Virus record (IMG/VR): IMGVR_UViG_3300031141_000005
Coordinates: 1,965-65,964 of that record
DNA: 64,000 nucleotides
Direction: 5' to 3' (one strand)
DNA from: a virus
Lineage: Duplodnaviria > Caudoviricetes
Part shown: piece by piece, positions 56,559-64,000 of the stretch
Numbering within the stretch: position 1 is the first letter of the stretch
How the letters are laid out: each line of letters starts with the position of its first letter
Notes under the pieces: model-generated
Databases searched by the model: none
What the model was told of the DNA's origin: nothing
What the model saw: only the letters and a program-made list of their open reading frames with translations
Position numbers and translations under genes: made by a program

Positions 56559-56703
56559 CTGCGTTATCTTTAACTAGTTGTATTTTATACTCCTCGTATA
56601 ATGCTTCTTCTTTAAGCATGTTCTGTTCCATAGCGCTATCGCTATACAGTTCCTCTAACTCTTGGTTAGCTTGCCTAATGGCAAGGTCTTTCATGTGTCC
56701 CAT
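56551..56703 (-). CDS. Small acidic hypothetical protein (50 aa)
   Basis: Hand-translated MGHMKDLAIRQANQELEELY... Confidence 0.55.
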   Translation of the reverse strand: MGHMKDLAIRQANQELEELYSDSAMEQNMLKEEALYEEYKIQLVKDNADE

Positions 56704-56708
56704 GATGA

Positions 56709-56945
56709 TTATTTTAATGTTAACTTCTTGGTTACTACTATATCCAACACCTCGTAGTTAGTTGATGAATTTACTATGTAACCTCTATCTCTTAGAGCGT
56801 CCATGATTTGATGACGATAGTTCCATAGGTCTTTGTCCCATCCTCTAGCATCGCATACAGATAGCTTAGCTGTACCGTCGTTTTCTACACGGTTAGCCAT
56901 TCCATCTATAAGGTTCTGAATCTCTCCTTCTATTCTACTACTCAT
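56709..56945 (-). CDS. Hypothetical protein
   Basis: ORF in operon context. Confidence 0.6.
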   Translation of the reverse strand: MSSRIEGEIQNLIDGMANRVENDGTAKLSVCDARGWDKDLWNYRHQIMDALRDRGYIVNSSTNYEVLDIVVTKKLTLK

Positions 56946-57144
56946 TAGTTACCTTTTTACGTAGTTTGATGATCGATTGTAGAAGTTCATTATCTTCTTC
57001 GGCCATGTATTCGCCTTCGTAGTTTATGTAATCTTCTGTTAACTCTTTAGTGAGTCTTTCTATCTCAGCTAAATCTTCCTTAATCTCGTCTAAGTTCTTG
57101 AGCAAAGCTCCTATCCTTAGTTCATTGAATTCTCCTAGGCTCAT
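56938..57144 (-). CDS. Hypothetical coiled-coil protein
   Basis: ORF in operon context. Confidence 0.55.
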   Translation of the reverse strand: MSLGEFNELRIGALLKNLDEIKEDLAEIERLTKELTEDYINYEGEYMAEEDNELLQSIIKLRKKVTNE

Positions 57145-57314
57145 TTCTTTTCATTTACTTGAATACCAAATTTATCCTTAAACGCTATGTCTAATTCTAA
57201 CTGCTCATCTAATGGTAGCTTATTATGCAACCATTCTATCTCACCTACAGGTGCGTCGCATTCTGTTAGCAACCACTCTGCATAGAGTTGAGAAAACTTC
57301 TTAGGTTCTGCCAT
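57141..57314 (-). CDS. Small hypothetical protein (57 aa)
   Basis: Hand-translated MAEPKKFSQLYAEWLLTECDAP...; ATGA-coupled to the next gene. Confidence 0.55.
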   Translation of the reverse strand: MAEPKKFSQLYAEWLLTECDAPVGEIEWLHNKLPLDEQLELDIAFKDKFGIQVNEKK

Positions 57315-57332
57315 GTGTTTTAAATAATGGGG

Positions 57333-58733
57333 CTAAATCGCCCCGTTAAATTTATCCTTCCTACTATTAACATACCTAGATACTTGACCTCCCAGATTAT
57401 CTCCGAGAGCTGAATGTAATACCTCGTCTAAGGTTATACCTCCAGGTAAGTTTCTAGCTTCCCAAATTCTTCGCTGGTTATTCTCAACGAAGTTTACAAA
57501 TGCCATACATATCAACGTCCAATTACGGATCTTCTCATAGTTCATGGACGCTCCATGATTTCTGAACTCAATAGTGTTATGACCATTAGCTTGGCTATAC
57601 CCAACCATATTTAACCATGTATACCTCTTTGAAGGATACCTACCTAATCTGGTTTTCTTGTTGTTATCCGCATCCAATGTGCATGAAGAATAAATCAAGT
57701 CTGCTAAATGTTCTTTGTAATTCTTGAAAGTCATCTCCTTATGTTTAGTAGGGATAGGCTTACAATACGTACTACGCTTTCTAGATGGTGGCATCATTTC
57801 AAAGACCTCATCTTGAAGCATTAAGCCTAAGTGAGTAGCCATGATAGTGAACCTTCTATTAAATGTAGCTCCACCTATGTGTACATGTATACCACATTGA
57901 GAATCAATCTCGCAGTTTTCTTGTACGGTATCACAAACTTTCTTGAGCATGCTTAACCCTGAATCTCCTACAAGAACTCCAGTTACATATTCCTTACCGC
58001 TTATACTACCATCATTTACTGCAGATACATTTAAATCATTACCTTCACTAGTCGGTACATAACCTCCTGATGTCTCTACTTCAACACCGAATGTATATCT
58101 CATACCGTTAGTGTTGGTGAATGTCGTAGACATTGTACCACGATCCCTAGCATACTTAGACATCTTTTGGCCTTCGCTAGCTACAGACGAGTTATCGAAC
58201 GTACTTCCTCCATTACCTTCATCCCCTCCGTTCTCGCAGTTGTCAAAGTTGTGGTTGTTTGAATGTCTATACTCTTCACATCCATCGCAATAGTATACAT
58301 CATTGTTGTCTGCTGCGCAGCTATCTATATACGTTTCGTCGTCGTCTGAACAGAATATAAGGTCATCAGAGTCTTCATGTACTTGAATCATATCTCCGCT
58401 ACCGTCTATAACGCTTCTAGAGACTTCTTCAGAATATCTATCTTCATTAAGAATACACCAAAAGGTGTCGTCATAATTCATAAGCTCTCCGTCGTATATA
58501 CGTACTACGTCGTATTCCTCTTGAAGTAATTCAAAAGCGTCATCACGCTTAGGGCTGTTGTGTAACTCTTCCGATGAGCGTATGTCATAAACACTTAGGT
58601 CTACGACAACAGGACTGCTCATGCAAGGTTCGTATAACTCGAACTCGTCGCTTATCTCCTCCTCCTCTTCTATGAGTAATACGTCAACGCTTTCCTCTTC
58701 CTCTAATATTGAGTCGATTGTTTCTCTTGGCAT
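57333..58733 (-). CDS. Amidoligase (COOH-NH2 ligase, amidoligase_2 family) with acidic Cys-containing N-terminal region
   Basis: FGVEVE, DGSI, E.VT, CGIHVH, RY..LN and TIEFR motifs. Confidence 0.85.
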   Translation of the reverse strand: MPRETIDSILEEEESVDVLLIEEEEEISDEFELYEPCMSSPVVVDLSVYDIRSSEELHNSPKRDDAFELLQEEYDVVRIYDGELMNYDDTFWCILNEDRYSEEVSRSVIDGSGDMIQVHEDSDDLIFCSDDDETYIDSCAADNNDVYYCDGCEEYRHSNNHNFDNCENGGDEGNGGSTFDNSSVASEGQKMSKYARDRGTMSTTFTNTNGMRYTFGVEVETSGGYVPTSEGNDLNVSAVNDGSISGKEYVTGVLVGDSGLSMLKKVCDTVQENCEIDSQCGIHVHIGGATFNRRFTIMATHLGLMLQDEVFEMMPPSRKRSTYCKPIPTKHKEMTFKNYKEHLADLIYSSCTLDADNNKKTRLGRYPSKRYTWLNMVGYSQANGHNTIEFRNHGASMNYEKIRNWTLICMAFVNFVENNQRRIWEARNLPGGITLDEVLHSALGDNLGGQVSRYVNSRKDKFNGAI

Positions 58734-58888
58734 AATTTCTTAATGTTTTTAAGCTTACGCTTCACAGACGCTATATCAGCGTTGTTGTTATTATTAGAAC
58801 GAAGAGATAAGCCCTCTAAAGAGCTTATAACTTCATTCGTAAACTGTTCGTCTGATATGAATATCAGTAATTTCTCTAGATTATTCAT
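58703..58888 (-). CDS. Hypothetical protein
   Basis: Short ORF between the GATase and amidoligase genes. Confidence 0.45.
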   Translation of the reverse strand: MNNLEKLLIFISDEQFTNEVISSLEGLSLRSNNNNNADIASVKRKLKNIKKLCQEKQSTQY

Positions 58889-59867
58889 AGATTTTTTCCT
58901 CTACATTGTTAACACCATAAGACTTATCATATAGCTCATCAAGCAACTTCTCTAAAGCAGTCTCTTGTGTCTCGTCTATGATTCCGTTGTACATTAAATC
59001 TTGCAGTGCTTGACACTGAATCTCTTCTGTGCTCTGTCCTATGTAGTACTCTTCCTTCTCTGTTTTAGAGACATACGATGCATTGTATTTAGCGGTTGCA
59101 TAAGGGTCTTCGTTCTCATTAACGTCCCACTTATTCCATATCTCCTGCTGTTCCTTAGTCACTGTATATTCGTTAGTCTTGTAGTCTGTCCAGTTCTTAA
59201 CCTTAGTACCAACCTCTTGAACATACGTGGTAGGAATATCCTTAGTGTACTCAAGCTTACCATCGTTATAGATGAATAGCTTTTCCTTTTCCACTTCCTC
59301 AATCTTACCACCATCAGGACATATATCTTGCAACCCTTCCTTCAATGAAGAGAAATAGATACCACCCTCAACCTCAAGCATATACAACGGATTGTTACGT
59401 CTGTATATATATAGCTTGTTGTCTGACTCAGTCCATACAGCGTTGATAGTACCACCATGCTCACCTAATGTTAAGTGATCATTGGTGGCTACCATCGCTT
59501 CGTAAATAGCTTTACTATCTACGTCGGGGGAATCGAAACTATACTTCTTAGCAGTGTCTTTGTAATTGGATAACACACCATTATGACACCCAATGTAGGA
59601 GCCTATAATATAAGGGTGTGTGTTCTCAGCAGTCTTTGTACCGTGAGTTGCATACCGTGTATGCCCAATCGCTAGATTTACCTCGCTTACATCAATGAAT
59701 CTATTTAAAAATCCTGATGTTTCTAATGTCTTATATAATCTAGAACCTTCAGGTCCTTCTGTATATAATCCAGTTGAATGTCCACCTCTACTATCGTTAT
59801 CGTTTAGTAGGTGCATTATCTTTGCAATGTTTACACTCTTGCCAGAGTATGCAGTTATACCACACAT
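58881..59867 (-). CDS. Class II (Ntn) glutamine amidotransferase
   Basis: MCGI, SRGGHSTG, GHTRYAT.G, N.HP, HNG and VDS motifs. Confidence 0.92.
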   Translation of the reverse strand: MCGITAYSGKSVNIAKIMHLLNDNDSRGGHSTGLYTEGPEGSRLYKTLETSGFLNRFIDVSEVNLAIGHTRYATHGTKTAENTHPYIIGSYIGCHNGVLSNYKDTAKKYSFDSPDVDSKAIYEAMVATNDHLTLGEHGGTINAVWTESDNKLYIYRRNNPLYMLEVEGGIYFSSLKEGLQDICPDGGKIEEVEKEKLFIYNDGKLEYTKDIPTTYVQEVGTKVKNWTDYKTNEYTVTKEQQEIWNKWDVNENEDPYATAKYNASYVSKTEKEEYYIGQSTEEIQCQALQDLMYNGIIDETQETALEKLLDELYDKSYGVNNVEEKIYE

Positions 59868-59879
59868 ATCGTTTCTTAT

Positions 59880-60116
59880 TTAAGTTAGTTGTCTGTTGCT
59901 GTAGAATATTCTACTAGCTGGCTGTGCTCTTCCCTCTCTTGGGGTGAGCATAATCTTGTCGTCTTCTTCTGTTACCGTGTATCGCTTTAAACTCAAGAAG
60001 AGGTACAGTTTCCCGTCCTCTATCTTGGTTGTAAGCGTCTTAGGCTTCAGTCTCAAAGACTTCAACAAGACCTTGAATCTTTCTTTGTTCATTACAAATG
60101 AATTGAATGTCATCAT
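59880..60116 (-). CDS. Hypothetical protein
   Basis: Short ORF overlapping the upstream gene. Confidence 0.45.
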   Translation of the reverse strand: MMTFNSFVMNKERFKVLLKSLRLKPKTLTTKIEDGKLYLFLSLKRYTVTEEDDKIMLTPREGRAQPASRIFYSNRQLT

Positions 60117-61029
60117 AACTTAGCAATGGATACTTCTCTTTAAAAGAGTTCTCATACACTGCTTTCTCGTATTCCTGTCTCAAACCTTTAATGTTATAAA
60201 CAGCTCCCATAAGGATGTCTAAATCATTACACTTAATAGTAAGTGGTGTGAATTGAAAACAATCTAAATCTAAATGGTCTATTAAATCACGCTCTAACAA
60301 CAACCGTAGTATATGTGTAGCGTCAGCTCCATTTTTAGTATTGATAGCCTTAAGCTGATACCATGCATCATCATCTCGTGGTAACACAAGTCTCTTAGGT
60401 ATCTCGTAAGTCTCTCCGTTATCTCCATCTACAAAGTATACAACATCATCACTAGACTCCTTGGGAGCTTGCATGATAGTGATTTGTATTACTCCTCTGT
60501 GTATAGAGAGTTCGTTCATACTAATACATGACTTTCTACTAGGTGTAACTACCTTAACTACAGTTGTGTCGTTAGGATTTATACTAGTAAACCAATTCAA
60601 CTTCCAACTCCATCCGAAGGATGATGCTGATGACTCTATTGAATCAATATATTGAACCATGAACATACGAAGGTTTGATTCATCTATCTTCCGACCACAG
60701 TATTGAACCATGTCCTCGGTAGCAATACAGCCATACTCTTCCCAGAATTCTGTATTGTTAAACTCTTGGATAAACCATTCCTTAGACTTAATGTATATAT
60801 CTCTTGCTAGTACAATATCCTTAGTCTTAATCCACCAATCACAACTAGCTAACTTAAAGTTACCTCTATCGCTAGCTATAGCATTGTCGAATAGCGTTAC
60901 ATCTTCATCTGATAATTCATATCCGAATAGGTAGTCCATGTCTGCCTCATGCCAGGACATAACAGAACGGTAGTCCGATCCATGCTCGGATCGGGCTTCC
61001 TCTTCTGTTTTTATTCTAAACCTTAACAT
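60040..61029 (-). CDS. Hypothetical early protein with two internal IK(T/S).E.....(W)...DM..Y.G repeats
   Basis: RIKTEEE...DMDYLFG and YIKSKEWF...EDMVQYCG. Confidence 0.65.
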   Translation of the reverse strand: MLRFRIKTEEEARSEHGSDYRSVMSWHEADMDYLFGYELSDEDVTLFDNAIASDRGNFKLASCDWWIKTKDIVLARDIYIKSKEWFIQEFNNTEFWEEYGCIATEDMVQYCGRKIDESNLRMFMVQYIDSIESSASSFGWSWKLNWFTSINPNDTTVVKVVTPSRKSCISMNELSIHRGVIQITIMQAPKESSDDVVYFVDGDNGETYEIPKRLVLPRDDDAWYQLKAINTKNGADATHILRLLLERDLIDHLDLDCFQFTPLTIKCNDLDILMGAVYNIKGLRQEYEKAVYENSFKEKYPLLSYDDIQFICNEQRKIQGLVEVFETEA

Positions 61030-61493
61030 TCTTTAAACCTTACAGATATTCTCTGAGTCTTACCGTTGATGGTAATATCCATTGTATCTAAGTCTATAGT
61101 GAATCCTTCAGGTGGAGTCTCAAGCTCTTCAATACCTTTCTCTTCAACTACAGTATCTTCTACTATAGTCTTAGCTTCCACTACTTCATGGTTACGAGGT
61201 CTCATATCGAACATCTTATCAACAGCTGTAGCATCTACTTGAATAGGTGATGCAACCTTGTTGTTTATAATATCCTGTAAAGGATCTTTACTGAAATGAA
61301 ACGTTGCTTGCTTTGCGGCTTGCTTACGCTTAATTCTAGTACCAGCTGGTGTTAATTTGCTAATCTTTTGCAAGATTGCCTTGTCAGTTCTACCTAACGC
61401 TTCGCTTAACTTACTTGTTGGTAAGTGCATGTTCTGTAACAGGAATTTCTTCTCTGTCTGTGACCATTGCTTGTGGTGTGCTTCTCCTTTCAT
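61023..61493 (-). CDS. HTH/Myb-like DNA-binding protein
   Basis: WS..E..FL.......LSEALGRT..AI..K. Confidence 0.65.
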   Translation of the reverse strand: MKGEAHHKQWSQTEKKFLLQNMHLPTSKLSEALGRTDKAILQKISKLTPAGTRIKRKQAAKQATFHFSKDPLQDIINNKVASPIQVDATAVDKMFDMRPRNHEVVEAKTIVEDTVVEEKGIEELETPPEGFTIDLDTMDITINGKTQRISVRFKEC

Positions 61494-61494
61494 C

Positions 61495-61674
61495 TTACTT
61501 TAGTTTAAGTAATTTCTTTTCGAGCTTAGCGCGTTGCTTTGCTCCACATGTCTCCATCACTTGACGGATACCTGCTTCTGTGCTTACAAGATTATCGTAA
61601 TAGTCTTGTCTTTCTTGTGCTTCTTCTCTAAGCACTTCTTTGCGCTCTTTGCGAGCATTTACTAATCCAGCCAT
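61495..61674 (-). CDS. 59-aa hypothetical protein
   Basis: Hand-translated MAGLVNARKERKEVLREEAQERQDYY... Confidence 0.6.
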   Translation of the reverse strand: MAGLVNARKERKEVLREEAQERQDYYDNLVSTEAGIRQVMETCGAKQRAKLEKKLLKLK

Positions 61675-61697
61675 AGCTTTCTATTTAGTTTGGTTAG

Positions 61698-61740
61698 TGA
61701 AACAGAGAGGAATCGAACCTCTCTATAGACCATCTGTTTC
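61698..61740 (-). ncRNA. tRNA minihelix-like element (acceptor stem + T-arm only)
   Basis: GAAACAG-(11 nt)-AGAGG-TTCGATT-CCTCT-CTGTTTC-A with perfect 7+5 bp stems. Confidence 0.65.
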
Positions 61741-62546
61741 GTGTGCTATCCTACTTCTTTTGACGGCGATAGCTTTCCGACATGCTTGGGGTTTTAGGTG
61801 CAGAGAACCTAAGCCTATCCATGAAATAGGGCTTGCAATATTAAAAGTTATGTTCTTCGTCAAGAACTCCATCTACAGCTTCTTTTGCTAACTGCAGTCT
61901 GCTACTAACCTTTACAGGTGAGGGCAATCATAGATGTTTTAACTTTAAGGGATAGGCTGAGAGGTTTGGTTTTGCAGGCTCGCACTCTGTAGCTCTCATT
62001 ATTTGGGTTTAACAGCATCACCCACGCCTAATATTATTATACTCGTAAATATTTCACTGATAATTGCTAGTATGATTTAATATAGCCTTCCCAGGTGCTA
62101 ATATGATTAAATACTTAAATAATACTAACGAATATGATAATCGCACCTATTCTTGGCTTGACATTGTCATATTTAAACTGTACCTTTGGTGGGATAGTGG
62201 ATAACTACATAATAACATAGTCAATCACTTAAATATCCTAGACGAAACAAGGAAACACAAAGGGAAGTAAGTAAAGGGAAGAGCGATAGCGACTACAACG
62301 AGAGGCAAAACATACCTGAACATAGACTCTCACTCATTCTATACATACTCTACCTATTACGGAACCTTTACAATCTATACTCTATAAAGGCTCTAGGCCT
62401 TGTTTATATGACTATTATCAGTCTTATAGAGCTTGTGGAACACTTCTACACACACATACACACACATAATAACTTATCACGAACAATACTCTGCATAGAT
62501 ACCATGCATAGATGTCGTGACTACTCTGCATATGATAGTGATCAAG

Positions 62547-62578
62547 TAAAGGTGGGCGACCGTAGCCACCCAACCTCA
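62547..62578 (-). terminator. Probable terminator after 62585-63232 gene
   Basis: GGGTGGC-TACG-GTCGCCC then ACCTTT on the minus strand. Confidence 0.5.
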
Positions 62579-62584
62579 CTATAC

Positions 62585-63232
62585 TTACGACCAGAGTCCC
62601 CTAGCAACCTTACGGTTGGTAGTCTCCTCTTGTCTGTTACTAGGTTGCGTTTTGTTATACGCAGGACTAGTAACGAAAGCCTTACCCTTAGAGATGTAAG
62701 TGCTCACATTAACTGACTTACCTGTAAGGTCTTCAGCGAATTCATCAGGGTTTAGTATGTACTCGAATCCTGTCTCTTGTTGAGAGAAGATTGTGTACAG
62801 CTTTTGCAAGCTACCCTTTAGTACAGGTTTCTCTGTACTATAAAACGCATCTAAAGTTTCGTAACGTTTGACTTGCGTCTTTGTTGTTACGTCGTAGTCT
62901 GTGATAGCAAGTATCACATTCTTAGCGAGGAACGAGTCCTTGCGTACTTTAGGCTCGCCGTGAATATCCACTAAAGTGAACTCATCAACGATGCGTTTAG
63001 CTGAGGCTCTAACCTCCAGCTTTACGAAGTACGTAAAGTTTATGTCCTCTAACTGAGGGAACGTAAACTTAAACTCACACACGTCTTTAGTGTAAGCGAC
63101 TCCGTTTGAGTCTACACCTTCCATTACACCGTCTTTAACGGATGATATAACAGAAGGCGTGTTAGTAAGCTTGCGGTCGATTGAACGGTCTTGCTTACTT
63201 TGTGGCTTAGAAGCCTTAGTTGGATAACCCAT
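62585..63232 (-). CDS. Hypothetical early protein
   Basis: 215-aa ORF with biased codons, flanked by hairpins. Confidence 0.7.
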   Translation of the reverse strand: MGYPTKASKPQSKQDRSIDRKLTNTPSVISSVKDGVMEGVDSNGVAYTKDVCEFKFTFPQLEDINFTYFVKLEVRASAKRIVDEFTLVDIHGEPKVRKDSFLAKNVILAITDYDVTTKTQVKRYETLDAFYSTEKPVLKGSLQKLYTIFSQQETGFEYILNPDEFAEDLTGKSVNVSTYISKGKAFVTSPAYNKTQPSNRQEETTNRKVARGLWS

Positions 63233-63516
63233 AACTAATTTGTGCTTGGACTATGAACCCTTAAATGGGCGAGCTATCCAAGCGGACTTGCTCTATTATG
63301 TCTCTTTCTTCACGGTGAAGAGACCCAACCACTTGCAACGAGGCAAGTAAATAAATAAAGAGAGAGGCGCTAGCCTCAGCACACAGAGAACCCAACGTAG
63401 TTTGAGCGAACGCAGTGAGCGCTACCTTAGTAGCTACTCTTCATAGTACGCTTCATAGTACCCTGCATAGCACGCGGACAACCCTCCCAAAAACCTTTCA
63501 TCGAATTGACTATAGA

Positions 63517-63540
63517 TTTAAAGAGCCCCGAAGGGCTCTA
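63517..63540 (-). terminator. Intrinsic terminator
   Basis: TAGAGCCC-TTCG-GGGCTCT followed by TTAAA, right after the stop at 63542. Confidence 0.7.
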
Positions 63541-63541
63541 G

Positions 63542-63688
63542 TTATTTCTTCTTGCTACGTTCCCACTCTAATACTGTAGAGTCGATGGGATTGTAGTGCT
63601 TATCTGTTACTTGATAAGTAAAGATACCTAAAGCGTAAGCTATTAGGATGATAGCATATAATGCTATGATAATAGTAAACATAATCAT
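63542..63688 (-). CDS. 48-aa single-TM protein
   Basis: MIMFTIIIALYAIILIAYALGIFTYQVTDKHYNPIDSTVLEWERSKKK (hand-translated). Confidence 0.55.
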   Translation of the reverse strand: MIMFTIIIALYAIILIAYALGIFTYQVTDKHYNPIDSTVLEWERSKKK

Positions 63689-63902
63689 AAGCTAGTAGAT
63701 TAGATTAATAAAAAGAAACACAAGTAGTAGATGCGTCGGCTATACTGCCTAGGGTTACTACCACCTGTGTTTAAATACAGCTAGTTTAACGACATAATGC
63801 GTAGGTCGTAACAGTTTTGGTGTGCTTGTTAAGGCAAGGGTTAGTAGGAATTACAGAGGAGTAACTTATGTACTACATAAGAATCCTAACACTACTAAGT
63901 AA

Positions 63903-63929
63903 TAAAAGAAAGGGACGATAGTCCCTCTC
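63903..63929 (-). terminator. Intrinsic terminator
   Basis: GAGAGGGAC-TATC-GTCCCTTTC followed by TTTT on the minus strand. Confidence 0.7.
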
Positions 63930-63937
63930 CGTAATGA

Positions 63938-64000
63938 TTAAGCCTCTTCCTGCTTAAGGAAGTCTTGATAAGGTTTGAACTTGCTTTTCTTTAGCATTAG
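63938..64000 (-). CDS. 3' end of a gene truncated by the window
   Basis: ...LMLKKSKFKPYQDFLKQEEA* followed by a terminator. Confidence 0.45.
   Translation of the reverse strand, partial: LMLKKSKFKPYQDFLKQEEA

Noticed and set aside
155-62716. Many short antisense or out-of-frame ORFs in the supplied track (e.g. 155-388, 22180-22494, 46871-47278, 53225-53593)
   Set aside because: They are shadows of well-supported genes and show no recognisable motifs.
1-64000. Stop-codon reassignment (TAG/TGA), known in some crAss-like phages
   Set aside because: Long genes are intact under code 11, and TAG ends several genes (8334, 10067, 14955) with the next gene starting immediately after.

Overview
This window holds most of a crAss-like (Crassvirales-type) phage genome in the standard genetic code. 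The probable host is a Bacteroidota/Flavobacteriia bacterium, based on TAnnTTTG promoters and a T9SS-type sorting signal. The + strand (1-47855) carries the virion and lysis genes: TerS, TerL, portal, scaffold-like protein, MCP, ring/IHF/tail-tubular/stabilisation proteins, three cargo proteins, a 4062-aa virion RNA polymerase polyprotein, branched tail-fibre genes, an unusual envelope module, M15 endolysin, holins and a metallophosphoesterase. The - strand (47914-64000) carries early and replication genes: DnaB, a Rep-like protein, Sak4-like ATPase, SSB-like protein, RusA-like resolvase, ExoVIII-like nuclease, DnaA-C, HU, DUF932, and an amidoligase/GATase/GGCT set. The most unusual items are: (1) an array of micro-genes joined by a conserved 21-bp stop/start repeat, downstream of a structured RNA with a tRNA-like domain; (2) a second structured RNA ending in a tRNA minihelix; (3) a secreted module with an outer-membrane beta-barrel, a Cys-less thioredoxin, a T9SS cargo protein and a stand-alone RNR-tail-like Cys peptide; (4) an E3-binding (PSBD) domain inside the virion RNAP polyprotein. 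All family calls come from motif recognition and synteny, not from database searches.
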